Shown: piece by piece, positions 42,285-51,621 of the stretch
Position numbering within the stretch: the first letter of the stretch is position 1
Layout of the letters: each line of letters opens with the position of its first letter
The notes under the pieces: generated by a model
What the model was told of the DNA's origin: nothing
Seen by the model: the letters and a program-made list of their open reading frames with translations, nothing else
Database searches by the model: none
Made by a program: the position numbers and the translations under genes
Source: a virus
Virus record (IMG/VR): IMGVR_UViG_3300036770_006434
Location: 32,001-96,000 of that record
Reading direction: 5' to 3' (one strand)
Length of the DNA: 64,000 nucleotides

Positions 42285-43997
42285 TTATTTGGAAATCAGT
42301 CTTTTATAGAGTGTTGCAAATGCTTTTGCGGCGACATCTGGGTCAACACCGTTTCCGAGGAGTCGCAGCTCGTCAGTGCGGGAGAATCCGTGGTTGGTTG
42401 CTTCGTTATAGGCCCGGAGCGTCCACGTCTCTTCGTTAAATTGGGATCGCCATACTTCTTGAATCGCTGGTGGTGTTTCTGACAGAACCCATTGCGCCGC
42501 GCCGGACTCCCGCACGCTTTGCACAGAGAGCGTTCCTTCCACGGGCGCTTCCCCTCTTTCCAGTGCAATTTTGTATGACAGGACGCACAAAGTGTAAGCA
42601 AGTTCTCGGGCGAGTTGTTCGCGGGATTCCTGTCCTCGTGATGAATCCCTAGATTGTCCTCGGAGCCACATTGATGGCAGACCGAATCCTTTAACTGGGT
42701 CGCCCGCTTGTATAGCCCAGACAGCGAAACAGACTCTTTGAGGGAATGCTGTGAACTGCAATCCAGATTGCAGAACTGTCTCCGCAAGAACACCGCCCGG
42801 TCCTCCAGTCGGCCATTGTATCTCTTGCGTTGCATTTCTTTCCCACAATGAGAGCAGTGCTTGATAAGCACGGAGTGTTTGGCTTTCATAGGTTACGGAC
42901 GAACCCACCCTATTGGAAGCCCCATGAGAGAACAAACCCAATCCGGGTTCAACTTGCCCGATTTCGTCGCTCCCGCCCCCTCCGTCTGAGCTGGCAGATC
43001 CTTGGCTTCTCCCTTGTATGCTCGCCCTTGCTGCCCCTTCCAGTCGCGCGTTTGAGGGGTATTCCACTGATTGTGAACCTGCTCCTCCAACCGAAACTTG
43101 CCCGTGTCCATTGTGTTCCCGCCCATCTGAGACCGAGGGGTGCCCCACTGGGCTTGGCCCACTTGTGTCTCCAGATTGGGGAATCGGTCCTGATTCCAGA
43201 CTGACTCGGGAGTGATCGTTGCTGCCATTGCACTGCATGAGCGCGGAGTTGCCCACTGACTTGTGGATGACTCGGGTTGGCTCCCACCACCATTGATCTC
43301 GTCCGGGAGGCTTTGGTCGTAGATAAACGTTCCGTTGTGGTGAACCCATTCCCTCAGATTCCCGCAACCACCCTTGGTTCGCGCGCGATCCAGAGCAGTT
43401 TGACCCTTGGGCGGCACCGTGTCCATCGTGCATGGGGTCGGCCAATTGGGCAAGGATGAAAACCCGCTTCCGTTGATGGCTCGCCCCGATTTCAGCCGAA
43501 CTGAATACTCCTGCCGTTGCTCGGTAACCCACTCGCTCCAGCTCTCTAAGGACATGGAGCAGAACGGGCGTTCCTGCGGGGTCTCGCCAGTCGGTTCCGG
43601 CGAGCTTGGCGCTGATGATTCCCTCGACATTCTCAAGGAAGACGAGTTGGGGCTGGCACTCGGTGATACCTCTGAGGATGTGAGGAAACAGGTGTCTAGG
43701 GTCTTCGTCTCCTCCACGCTTCCCTGCTGCGCTGAAGGGCTGACAAGGGAAGCCTCCAGAGAGGATGCCCACTTTGCCGCGAAAGTCGGCCCAAGGGAAG
43801 GTCTTAACATCCGTCCAGATAGGTGCTGCGTCCAAGAGTCCCGCTTCCATTTTAGCGACCAAGTTCGCACAGGGGAAGGCTTCGATCTCACTAAAAGCGA
43901 CTGTGCGCAGATTGGGGATAACTCGGCTGAGTCCGATATCAATGCCGCCGTATCCGGCACAAAGGCTGATGTGTGTAAAGGCTTTGGTAGAATCCAT
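42285..43997 (-). CDS. DNA cytosine-5 methyltransferase, alpha-type subunit
   Basis: motif I SLCAGYGG, IV GGFPCQPFS, VI ENVEG, VIII HQRKRVF, X LGNGV; motif IX not seen. Confidence 0.9.
   Translation of the reverse strand: MDSTKAFTHISLCAGYGGIDIGLSRVIPNLRTVAFSEIEAFPCANLVAKMEAGLLDAAPIWTDVKTFPWADFRGKVGILSGGFPCQPFSAAGKRGGDEDPRHLFPHILRGITECQPQLVFLENVEGIISAKLAGTDWRDPAGTPVLLHVLRELERVGYRATAGVFSSAEIGASHQRKRVFILAQLADPMHDGHGAAQGSNCSGSRANQGWLRESEGMGSPQRNVYLRPKPPGRDQWWWEPTRVIHKSVGNSALMQCNGSNDHSRVSLESGPIPQSGDTSGPSPVGHPSVSDGREHNGHGQVSVGGAGSQSVEYPSNARLEGAARASIQGRSQGSASSDGGGGSDEIGQVEPGLGLFSHGASNRVGSSVTYESQTLRAYQALLSLWERNATQEIQWPTGGPGGVLAETVLQSGLQFTAFPQRVCFAVWAIQAGDPVKGFGLPSMWLRGQSRDSSRGQESREQLARELAYTLCVLSYKIALERGEAPVEGTLSVQSVRESGAAQWVLSETPPAIQEVWRSQFNEETWTLRAYNEATNHGFSRTDELRLLGNGVDPDVAAKAFATLYKRLISK
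42296..42889 (-). CDS. HNH endonuclease overprinted inside the C5 MTase gene
   Basis: CxxC knuckles; IHHEDRNPANN..ENL.TLC..CH..H. Confidence 0.75.
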   Translation of the reverse strand: MKAKHSVLIKHCSHCGKEMQRKRYNGRLEDRAVFLRRQFCNLDCSSQHSLKESVSLSGLYKRATQLKDSVCHQCGSEDNLGIHHEDRNPANNSPENLLTLCASCHTKLHWKEGKRPWKERSLCKACGSPARRNGFCQKHHQRFKKYGDPNLTKRRGRSGPITKQPTTDSPALTSCDSSETVLTQMSPQKHLQHSIKD

Positions 43998-44002
43998 GTC
44001 AT
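42893..44002 (-). CDS. overprinted beta-type subunit of the C5 MTase (motif IX-like)
   Basis: starts 5 nt before the alpha ATG in another frame; four W-x-T-P repeats; LNPDWVCSLMGLPIGW. Confidence 0.7.
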   Translation of the reverse strand: MTWILPKPLHTSAFVPDTAALISDSAELSPICAQSLLVRSKPSPVRTWSLKWKRDSWTQHLSGRMLRPSLGPTFAAKWASSLEASLVSPSAQQGSVEETKTLDTCFLTSSEVSPSASPNSSSLRMSRESSAPSSPEPTGETPQERPFCSMSLESWSEWVTEQRQEYSVRLKSGRAINGSGFSSLPNWPTPCTMDTVPPKGQTALDRARTKGGCGNLREWVHHNGTFIYDQSLPDEINGGGSQPESSTSQWATPRSCSAMAATITPESVWNQDRFPNLETQVGQAQWGTPRSQMGGNTMDTGKFRLEEQVHNQWNTPQTRDWKGQQGRAYKGEAKDLPAQTEGAGATKSGKLNPDWVCSLMGLPIGWVRP

Positions 44003-44013
44003 GTGTTTATATT

Positions 44014-44418
44014 TTACTCTTTGTCCGCCCATTCCGCCATACTCAGCTTCTTGGGCTTAACCTCTGTCTTGGGGGCTTCCCCACTATCCGTCAAACTATC
44101 CAGTATGCCGCATTTGTCAACCCATTTCAGCAAATCCTCTTTCTCCAACTGGTGGGTAACCCAGAACTCGCGGAGGGCGGCCTGACCGTTTTCTGTCAGA
44201 AGATAGGACAGGCTTTCCAGCTTTTCGTGGGGGCGGAGATTGAGCCAAAACACTTCGTCGGGATACGATTTGCGGAGTTTGGACAGGATTTTGAGTTCTC
44301 GGCCCCAGACCCCCGGCTGTCTCAGGGCTTCCGGCTTCAAGAGCCGCGCGAGGATGGAGCAGGAGATTCCGGCGGGGGATAGGGGGTCTATGGGTTTGCG
44401 GAATTTCTTCCAAGTCAT
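44014..44418 (-). CDS. hypothetical protein
   Basis: 134-aa ORF, ATGA overlap. Confidence 0.6.
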   Translation of the reverse strand: MTWKKFRKPIDPLSPAGISCSILARLLKPEALRQPGVWGRELKILSKLRKSYPDEVFWLNLRPHEKLESLSYLLTENGQAALREFWVTHQLEKEDLLKWVDKCGILDSLTDSGEAPKTEVKPKKLSMAEWADKE

Positions 44419-46166
44419 AGATTAAAAGCGGCGATAGTGTGCTTGAACGGGTTGCCCTCAATCTCTTTAACAAGTCTCAGCATTTCGGCGACAACCATCT
44501 GCGTTTCCTTTTGGGCATCGGGTTTCAGCCGCAGGTTGCAGAGATGGACGAAAGCGAGAAAACTGCCGGTCCAAATAAAAGTTGTTTCGAGACAGAGAGG
44601 AAGAATGACCCGGCATTGCTCCTTAGCGACACCGAAATCTTCCATTTCCCGGTATAGCTTTTGGGCGGCGTCCACCAGTTCCTGCATTTTAAGCCGGAAG
44701 TTTTGGTTGTCAGACGCTTCAAGATCGCCGGCACTTCCCTGCTTGCTGGACTTGGACTGATAGCGGAGTTGCTCCGGAATATCGTAGGAATCGGAAAAGT
44801 CCACGTATCTGCCCGAAATGGAATTTGCAGAATTGTGAACGACCATGCCATTTGCAACAAAATTTTTCCATTTTCCATCAATTTCAATGTCGTATGTTTC
44901 CTCTGTCCCAATTTTTAAAATTGACACGATTTTTGAAAAACCAACTTTTAAACGAGCCTTAGAGCGGTCTCCAATTCTTTTTTTATAAATGAATGGAACA
45001 AAATCTTTGGAAGAAACTTTTTCTGCAAATTCAATTTCATTTTCCAAGCTAAAATGGATTTTTTTGTGACAATCTTCGCAAACAGTTATTAGATTGTCAA
45101 AATCCATACCTTTTGACGGATTTTGAGCTACTGGAATAATGTGGTGAGCGTGTAATTTGCCACTGCTTTCTCCACATTTTTGACAGGTAAAATTGTATTT
45201 TTTGTGAACATTATGCGCGTTCCGCGTTGACCAAACGGCTATCAAATCCCGATTTTCAGTTATGCCACCTCGCCAAAAATGACTATTCTCTCCCTTTCTT
45301 GCATTATTTTTTGCATGTAATACCTTGTTTTTATAACTCTCTTCTGTAAAATTTAGGGAATAACCTTTTACGTTTTCATTCCAAGGTCTGTTGCCGGGCT
45401 TAAAACAAGTTTCCTCTTTTGAAAAACAAAGATTATGTATTTTAAGCCATTTTCTAATAGTATGATAAGACACTTTGCAATCACATGCCATTTCTTCAAC
45501 AGACATTTTTTTATCTCTGCACAGTTTCAAATAATTATAATCTCTATAGTTTCCATTACCCGCTACGGAAAGCCCATTTGTTGCAATGAAGTCAGCCAGA
45601 CCCAAACCGTCGGTGATAGTTTTCCAACCATCTTTTGTAAAAATCTTATGATCTTTTGAACACTTTAGACTCTTTCCGTCTTGCAGGGTGATTTCATATA
45701 TTTCTTTTACCCCGGATTTGAAGACATTTTTGATATTTGACGTTTCAAAAAAACCATTATCCTCGTTTAAAACCCTTATTTTTCTGCCGCTAATTCTTCT
45801 TTGTTGATATTCTTTGTCTTTGGGCGTGTTCTGGTGGGGGCGACCATTTTCCCATTTTTCATATAAGTCTTTTATCTTTATCTTTTGGATTTTACCAGAA
45901 GCCTGTTTGAAATAGATTTCCGAATCGCCTGACAAACACCAGCCGATTTGGTGCTTAAACAGTTGTCTCTCAACGAAGATCGCGCATTTTACTCGGAACT
46001 GCAACTGGGAATGGCGGAAGGGCGACGTATGATTGTGGGCGACAAGGTATTTCAGAAGTTTTTCGTCCTTTTCGTCAAACGCTTCCTTGGTCTTCCCGTA
46101 GCTAACGCGGGCCACGTTCGCGGCCATCAAATCGCCGCCAAAATAGTCTAGGAGTTCGGCCTTCAC
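44415..46166 (-). CDS. thyX: FAD-dependent thymidylate synthase, intein-containing
   Basis: AANVARVSY, HTSPF.H, KHQIGW/SANSISGRY, E..R.ILP, LRL...AQ.E. Confidence 0.92.
   Translation of the reverse strand: MKAELLDYFGGDLMAANVARVSYGKTKEAFDEKDEKLLKYLVAHNHTSPFRHSQLQFRVKCAIFVERQLFKHQIGWCLSGDSEIYFKQASGKIQKIKIKDLYEKWENGRPHQNTPKDKEYQQRRISGRKIRVLNEDNGFFETSNIKNVFKSGVKEIYEITLQDGKSLKCSKDHKIFTKDGWKTITDGLGLADFIATNGLSVAGNGNYRDYNYLKLCRDKKMSVEEMACDCKVSYHTIRKWLKIHNLCFSKEETCFKPGNRPWNENVKGYSLNFTEESYKNKVLHAKNNARKGENSHFWRGGITENRDLIAVWSTRNAHNVHKKYNFTCQKCGESSGKLHAHHIIPVAQNPSKGMDFDNLITVCEDCHKKIHFSLENEIEFAEKVSSKDFVPFIYKKRIGDRSKARLKVGFSKIVSILKIGTEETYDIEIDGKWKNFVANGMVVHNSANSISGRYVDFSDSYDIPEQLRYQSKSSKQGSAGDLEASDNQNFRLKMQELVDAAQKLYREMEDFGVAKEQCRVILPLCLETTFIWTGSFLAFVHLCNLRLKPDAQKETQMVVAEMLRLVKEIEGNPFKHTIAAFNL
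44832..45938 (-). mobile_element. 369-aa intein with HNH homing endonuclease in thyX
   Basis: CLSGDS start; SKDHKI block B; TYDIEI..NF.ANG.VVHN end, +1 Ser; CxxC...HAHHI...NL...CxxCH; markedly AT-rich. Confidence 0.92.
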
Positions 46167-46438
46167 GATTCATCCTCCCCCAGATGCTTCAACGGATTCA
46201 ATCCCGTGGAGCCCACGATTTCCTCGAATTTCGCGATAAAGTCCTGATCCTCGGAAATCACTTCAAAGTCGTCTTCCGAGAGGATTCCTACAATGTGGCT
46301 GTGTTTTCCGAGGGATTCCCCGAAGTCTGCCTCGGACCCAATTACCGCTTTGATAATCTCGGGCTCGGCGGCGAACACGCTTTCAATGTCGCCCCAAGAA
46401 TAGGACCACTGGAATTTGTATAGTAGTTTTTTGCTCAT
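46163..46438 (-). CDS. hypothetical acidic protein
   Basis: 91-aa ORF, ATGA overlap. Confidence 0.6.
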   Translation of the reverse strand: MSKKLLYKFQWSYSWGDIESVFAAEPEIIKAVIGSEADFGESLGKHSHIVGILSEDDFEVISEDQDFIAKFEEIVGSTGLNPLKHLGEDES

Positions 46439-46450
46439 ATAATATGTAAA

Positions 46451-46765
46451 TTACTTCCCCGCCTTACGCGCTTTGCCCTTCTTCTTGAATTCCAACAGCT
46501 TATAGAAAGGCACCTCCACGGGTTTAGGCACACTCTGCTCCTGATACAGGACATGGTCGCCGGACAGGAACTTGAGAGTTCCCACATCGGGCCTTTCCGA
46601 TTCCGGCACAATTGAAAGTGGCAATACCCATTGGTTTACGGCACCGTTGGGTTCCTTTACATCCGCGATCACATGAGACTTGCCCATGAAATATTTGACG
46701 TGGATTTCTGCGGGCAGGTTGCCGGCGGGTTTGGCCGGCTTGCGGCGTTTGGCGGGGGTCTTCAT
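46451..46765 (-). CDS. hypothetical protein
   Basis: 104-aa ORF, ATGA overlap. Confidence 0.6.
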   Translation of the reverse strand: MKTPAKRRKPAKPAGNLPAEIHVKYFMGKSHVIADVKEPNGAVNQWVLPLSIVPESERPDVGTLKFLSGDHVLYQEQSVPKPVEVPFYKLLEFKKKGKARKAGK

Positions 46766-47916
46766 GTGGTGACTCTCGCTTCCTTCAGGTCGTTTTCCAC
46801 CATTCGGCGGACCAGTTCGTCAAAGGTAACCTTGGGCCGCCAGCCGAGTTCGGTTCTAGCGCGGGTGGAATCTCCTGTTAGGGTTTCTACATCGGCAGGG
46901 CGATAGAAGGCGGGGTTGATTCGGACAAGAGTCCGAAATGCGCCCAGTCTCGTCGTCTCGTCCACGCAAAAATGGTTGACGTAAACCTCGTCTTTTGGAT
47001 CGTTGGGCTTGCTGCCCCAAAGCCCGGAAATGCCAGCCACTGTAAACGCTTTCTCCACGAATTCCCGGACGGTATGGGTTTCACCGGAGGACAGGACGTA
47101 TTCATTCAGTGCGGCGGCGGCTCGTTTGCGGGACAATTCCATGTCCGCACAGGCTCCGACAGGGAAATTCGGATTGTATCGCTCCTGATTCAACATCCGC
47201 CAGACGCCATCCACAAAGTCTGACGCGTGACTCCAATCGCGGCAAACATCAAGCGCACCTAACTCCAGCGGTTCAAACGACTTGCCATCCTGTATAGCCT
47301 TGGCGATTCTGGCGACACCCTTGGTAATCTTGCGCGTAACAAATTCCTGCCCTCTGCGCTCCGACTCATAGTTGAGACACCAACACTGAATGGCGTAGAG
47401 CCCATAACTCTCACGGTAAACTTTGACCAGTTGTCTGGCCGCGATCTTTGAAGCGCCATACGGGCTGCGGGCGCGCGGCGGGTGTCTCTCGTCCTGCGGC
47501 GAATAAAGGACATCACCCCATTCTTCCGAGCTGCCGAAATTGATGTAACGAGTGGTCGGGCTAAACTTGCGAATGGCCTCCAACTGGCGCAAGACTCCAA
47601 GAGCGTTATACTCCATATGCTGCTCCGGGTAGGTCCAACTAGAGCCTACAAAACTGTTTGCCGCACAGTTAAAAAAATAGTCGGGTTTTATCGCTTGGAT
47701 CAGACTGCTGATAGAATGGGAGTCACCTAAGTCCATAGGTGCGATAGAGAAAAGCGGGCTATGGATGTGAGCAATATTCTTGTCATTCGGCACGGACAGG
47801 CGGCGGACGGCGCCGACAACCTTGATGTCGCGCTCCAATAGGAAGTCGGCGATATAGGACCCCATCTGGCCCGTGACGCCCGTAACAATAGCTGTTTTAT
47901 TCGTAGATTCGTTCAT
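46762..47916 (-). CDS. gmd: GDP-mannose 4,6-dehydratase
   Basis: TGVTGQ.GSY, AA.SFV..S, SSE, PRSPYGASK, N.ES.RRG.EFVTRKIT, RDW.HA.D, RP.DV..L.GD. Confidence 0.93.
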   Translation of the reverse strand: MNESTNKTAIVTGVTGQMGSYIADFLLERDIKVVGAVRRLSVPNDKNIAHIHSPLFSIAPMDLGDSHSISSLIQAIKPDYFFNCAANSFVGSSWTYPEQHMEYNALGVLRQLEAIRKFSPTTRYINFGSSEEWGDVLYSPQDERHPPRARSPYGASKIAARQLVKVYRESYGLYAIQCWCLNYESERRGQEFVTRKITKGVARIAKAIQDGKSFEPLELGALDVCRDWSHASDFVDGVWRMLNQERYNPNFPVGACADMELSRKRAAAALNEYVLSSGETHTVREFVEKAFTVAGISGLWGSKPNDPKDEVYVNHFCVDETTRLGAFRTLVRINPAFYRPADVETLTGDSTRARTELGWRPKVTFDELVRRMVENDLKEARVTT

Positions 47917-48182
47917 TTCGCAATAGATTCTTTGGTTACCGCCGGCAAATCCCGCCACTCCTCCTTGATCGGAACCCAGTGAAACTTGAGTCCCGGCACG
48001 TTCTCCCACTTCCTGTCCTCGGGCGGCGGAGTGTAAAGCGCGTTCCCGATTTCGCCGTCCTGCACAATGTATTTGCGCTGAACCCCGACGACCACGTTAT
48101 AAGCCTGACACGGCTCTGTGTAAACACATTGGGTCACGGCCCTCATCTCATCTGTCGGTCTTTCAAAAGGTTTGGTAGACAT
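47913..48182 (-). CDS. hypothetical protein
   Basis: 89-aa ORF, overlapping junction. Confidence 0.55.
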   Translation of the reverse strand: MSTKPFERPTDEMRAVTQCVYTEPCQAYNVVVGVQRKYIVQDGEIGNALYTPPPEDRKWENVPGLKFHWVPIKEEWRDLPAVTKESIAK

Positions 48183-48185
48183 AGT

Positions 48186-48773
48186 TTAGTCGCAATTCTC
48201 ACCGATTACCCAGAACCCGAATCTGTTGATACAACCGAGCGCCCGGCTCCAGCCGTCCTTCCATTCGATCAGGTCATCCAAGTCCTTGGGCAGGTCGTCC
48301 GCGACCATGTCTTTGACGTATTCCACGTCAATAGGGTAAATACCCTCTTCAAAACAGCGATGGGACTGGTTGCAGTCCGCCCCGAAGAGGTGGCGGAGGT
48401 CCGCGCTGTAATCGTTCAGGCTCTTCAGTCCTACGCCGAACGCCCCGACATTGGAGTCCAGCCACTTCTCCTGTAGGGCAGTCATGCCATAGCGGACCTT
48501 TTCACTGACTGGCGTCAAAACAGTGGCATGGATATAATGCTGATGACACCCGATTCCCGCCGTCTGGTGCGCCAGATTCACCCAAGTCCGGCCGGGCTTG
48601 AAATTGTATACCCGCTGCATATCGGGCTTCTCAAACTCCCACGGCTTGACTTCTATGCCCAAGATCAGGGAGGGCAAAGGAATATTCAGCTGATCCGCAT
48701 ACTTGAATTTTTCAACCGTCAAAGGGGCGGCTATCTCGCCGCGCCGGGATTTGGATTTAACGAGTCTTGGCAT
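48186..48773 (-). CDS. hypothetical protein
   Basis: 195-aa ORF, co-oriented. Confidence 0.65.
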   Translation of the reverse strand: MPRLVKSKSRRGEIAAPLTVEKFKYADQLNIPLPSLILGIEVKPWEFEKPDMQRVYNFKPGRTWVNLAHQTAGIGCHQHYIHATVLTPVSEKVRYGMTALQEKWLDSNVGAFGVGLKSLNDYSADLRHLFGADCNQSHRCFEEGIYPIDVEYVKDMVADDLPKDLDDLIEWKDGWSRALGCINRFGFWVIGENCD

Positions 48774-48841
48774 ATTATGGTCTGGGGCTATTCACCCCGC
48801 CATCATATCCGTTATGAATCCCCTGTCAAGGGGTTTTTGTA

Positions 48842-49306
48842 TCAAGCGGCCGAAAACGGCGGCCGACCACCATTGAATGAAGCACAGGTCAAATACGGCT
48901 TTATGGAGTCCAAATTGCTGAATGCAAATCTCTTGCCACCGTTCTTTTTGATCCTTTTGTGTTTTTGGTGTGCGGATTCCAGTTTTTGGCAAATGCCGGA
49001 TTTGGAGATATTCGTTTTTCGGATATAGTCCAAAACCCCCAAGTCCATAGCCTCTTTCATAGATGCGTCCGTCGGGTCTCCGGTCAGAACAACTATGGGT
49101 ATATCGTATTCCAGAACGCTTTCTATTGAATTCAAACCGCTGGAATCCGGCAACTCAAGGTCAAGCAGGATTGCATCATATCCCCCCGAGTCAAGCATTG
49201 CGCGGGCTTCGCGAATTGTTTCTGCCTGATCGAAAGAGATATTTGGGCAACTCGCTTTGATACAGGAAAAAATTGAATCCAAGTCTTCAATGTGGAGGAC
49301 TTTCAT
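48842..49306 (-). CDS. stand-alone response-regulator receiver protein
   Basis: VLHIED, LLDL.LPD.SG (phospho-Asp), VVLTG, DYIRK. Confidence 0.88.
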   Translation of the reverse strand: MKVLHIEDLDSIFSCIKASCPNISFDQAETIREARAMLDSGGYDAILLDLELPDSSGLNSIESVLEYDIPIVVLTGDPTDASMKEAMDLGVLDYIRKTNISKSGICQKLESAHQKHKRIKKNGGKRFAFSNLDSIKPYLTCASFNGGRPPFSAA

Positions 49307-49314
49307 CGGGGGGG

Positions 49315-49659
49315 TTACTTTGGTGAAAAAAATTGGAGAATAGAAAAAATAGTCGCCAATCCACCAAGAATAGAGAGAATCACACCGCCGAGCGCCCACC
49401 ATGAAGAGAACATGTTCTTCCAACCTTCCAGCCGCTTGACCCGGCCATTGGTCTTGCGGGCCTCAAGATTGGAGGATACCAGAATGGGGGCCGCCCATTC
49501 TGCGAAAGCGGCCATCTTGCTGACTTCATTCAGGATGAACTGCTCTTCCTCCGGCTTGCCGGCAAGCAGGGACGGAGGGATACGGCTTTTGAACCCCTCT
49601 TTGGGTAACTCCAAAACGGGAATGTCGCTGCTTTCTTCGGGTTTTGTTATTTCTGACAT
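49315..49659 (-). CDS. membrane-anchored protein
   Basis: KTNGRV.RLE coiled coil plus C-terminal TM. Confidence 0.6.
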   Translation of the reverse strand: MSEITKPEESSDIPVLELPKEGFKSRIPPSLLAGKPEEEQFILNEVSKMAAFAEWAAPILVSSNLEARKTNGRVKRLEGWKNMFSSWWALGGVILSILGGLATIFSILQFFSPK

Positions 49660-49748
49660 GGCTCATAGAAGTTACACGCCAAAACGAGGTGTTTTTGGCC
49701 GCTTCTGGTAGTTTTTGCCAGAAATGCAAATGATTGGATTAAAGGGAT

Positions 49749-50552
49749 TTAAGTATCACTGAAAAGCGCCGATTCAGAGAAGTCAGAGTTTCTCATGGGT
49801 ATATACCTATTTTCCACTATCGTATCGTTAAGAATGTCTTCTTGAGGTTTGTCCCAGCGTTCAAAAGACGCGCGCCTAGTGTTGTGAATGTCGCGACACA
49901 TAAAATAAAACCAACTCTCCTTATTGTCTATCTTGCAGCGATTTACGGCAGAGTGAAGAATTTGAATGTTGTCTTTGGTGTATCCTTTTGAAGAGTCAAT
50001 GCGATCTACAGATGCGGTTGTTTTGCCCTTTAGACGAAAGGTTACTTTCCACCCGGTGAGAGCGCATCGCTTGCCCTGTTTGATATATTGATCCCAAACA
50101 TCTTTCTCTGTAATTTCAAAGGCCAAACCACGCGCAAGCGCCCCTCTCAATACGCTTTTCCATCTGGAATTAGGTATCGTTTTATATGGCTTTTTATGGA
50201 TGCCCTTTTTGGCGGCTCCAATACCATAGGCTCTGGAAACTACTGCCGATATGGTTTTGCCCAATTTTTCGGCGCAATATCGAGAACCATGCTCTTGATA
50301 ATTTTGAAGAACAAAAGAATCCTGCTCTTCTGTCCAAGTCTTTTGCGATTCGTCGTAACATTTTCTGCATCCATGTCCACCCCAAAGGTCGGAGGCGACA
50401 ACCTTGAACTCTCCATGTGTGGGGCAATTCACGAAAACGCTTTGACCACTTCCGGCATACACAGATTTTGAATAATCGTATTTGTCTCCGTGAACCTCTT
50501 TTGCGCGATTTACAAAATCCTCCTGAGTTAACTTTAATTTTGGCTTATCCAT
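49749..50552 (-). CDS. homing endonuclease-like protein downstream of nrdB
   Basis: F..RA.EVHGDKYDYS...C..HG.F...GC.KC module; SVDRIDSSKGY..DN His-Me-like core. Confidence 0.75.
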   Translation of the reverse strand: MDKPKLKLTQEDFVNRAKEVHGDKYDYSKSVYAGSGQSVFVNCPTHGEFKVVASDLWGGHGCRKCYDESQKTWTEEQDSFVLQNYQEHGSRYCAEKLGKTISAVVSRAYGIGAAKKGIHKKPYKTIPNSRWKSVLRGALARGLAFEITEKDVWDQYIKQGKRCALTGWKVTFRLKGKTTASVDRIDSSKGYTKDNIQILHSAVNRCKIDNKESWFYFMCRDIHNTRRASFERWDKPQEDILNDTIVENRYIPMRNSDFSESALFSDT

Positions 50553-51607
50553 TAGAGTTTGAATCCTTCAAAAGTAGAATCGGTCACATCATTTGTAACG
50601 CCCTTGACGTAAGCAGCGCCTTCCGTCTCTTGTGGGGCCACCTGAATCTTGGTAGAATCATAAAACCCGTCCAACCAGCCTGAAAGCGGGTTATGCTTGG
50701 TATCATACAGTTTTTTGTAACCCAGTGACATGAGACGGTTGTTGGCCAGCCATTCAATGTATTTCTTCAGAGAATCCGGGGTGAGCCCCACAAGGCTGCC
50801 ATGCGAAAACAGGTAGTCAGCCCATTCTTTTTCGGCTTCAACCGCCGCGCGGTAGAATTCATAGACCTTGTCTTCGTTCTGTTTTACAATGGTCTGAAAC
50901 CCTTCGTCGGGATTTTCCTCCCAATTCTTCATGATATTCTGCGTGATGGCGACGTGAAGGTTTTCGTCTCGGGAAATGAGCCCGATGATCTTACCGTTGC
51001 CTTCCATCTTCTTGCGGTAGCGGAAGTAGAAAGAGCAGGCGAAAGACACGTAAAACGTAAGACCTTCAACGATTTGCGTAGACAAAACCGCGTCGAATAT
51101 CTGCTGCCGGGGATCGTCAGAAGGCGTGATCAGCGAATCGTATTTATTGGCAATAAATTCCGCTCGCTTGACGATTTCTTTGTCCCCCAAAATGGAGTCG
51201 AAGAATTTCGTGGCGTCAGGATATACGTTTTCAAGGATATACGTGTAGCTATTGGAATGAATCGTCTCAAAGAAACTCCACGTATTCATGCAGATTTCCA
51301 GCTCGGAATTGGTGCAGAAATCCAACAGTTTGCCGATAGACCGACTCAGCATGGAGTCCGTCATGGTCTGAAAGCGGATGTTGGAATCAAAGACAAAACG
51401 CTCTTCGTCAGAAAGCATTTTGTAGTCGCCAATGTCTTTAATCAGTGAAATCTCCTGCGGACGCCAGTAGTAGTTAAGTTGCTGATTATAAAGATCATAG
51501 AACTTCGGGTATTTCTTGATGTCATACCGCTGAAGCGCCAAGTCTTCGCCCAAGAACATTGGGTTGCGCAATAGGTCAATGTTTTGCTTATTGAGAACTG
51601 TTTTCAT
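50552..51607 (-). CDS. nrdB: class Ia ribonucleotide reductase beta subunit
   Basis: W.P.E, ETIHS.SY, EG..FY.SF, I.RDE.LH, APQETE. Confidence 0.95.
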   Translation of the reverse strand: MKTVLNKQNIDLLRNPMFLGEDLALQRYDIKKYPKFYDLYNQQLNYYWRPQEISLIKDIGDYKMLSDEERFVFDSNIRFQTMTDSMLSRSIGKLLDFCTNSELEICMNTWSFFETIHSNSYTYILENVYPDATKFFDSILGDKEIVKRAEFIANKYDSLITPSDDPRQQIFDAVLSTQIVEGLTFYVSFACSFYFRYRKKMEGNGKIIGLISRDENLHVAITQNIMKNWEENPDEGFQTIVKQNEDKVYEFYRAAVEAEKEWADYLFSHGSLVGLTPDSLKKYIEWLANNRLMSLGYKKLYDTKHNPLSGWLDGFYDSTKIQVAPQETEGAAYVKGVTNDVTDSTFEGFKL

Positions 51608-51621
51608 GTAATTTTAGAGAG

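Noticed and set aside
41457-42482. 341-aa plus-strand ORF
   Set aside because: Antisense shadow of the RecA-like gene.
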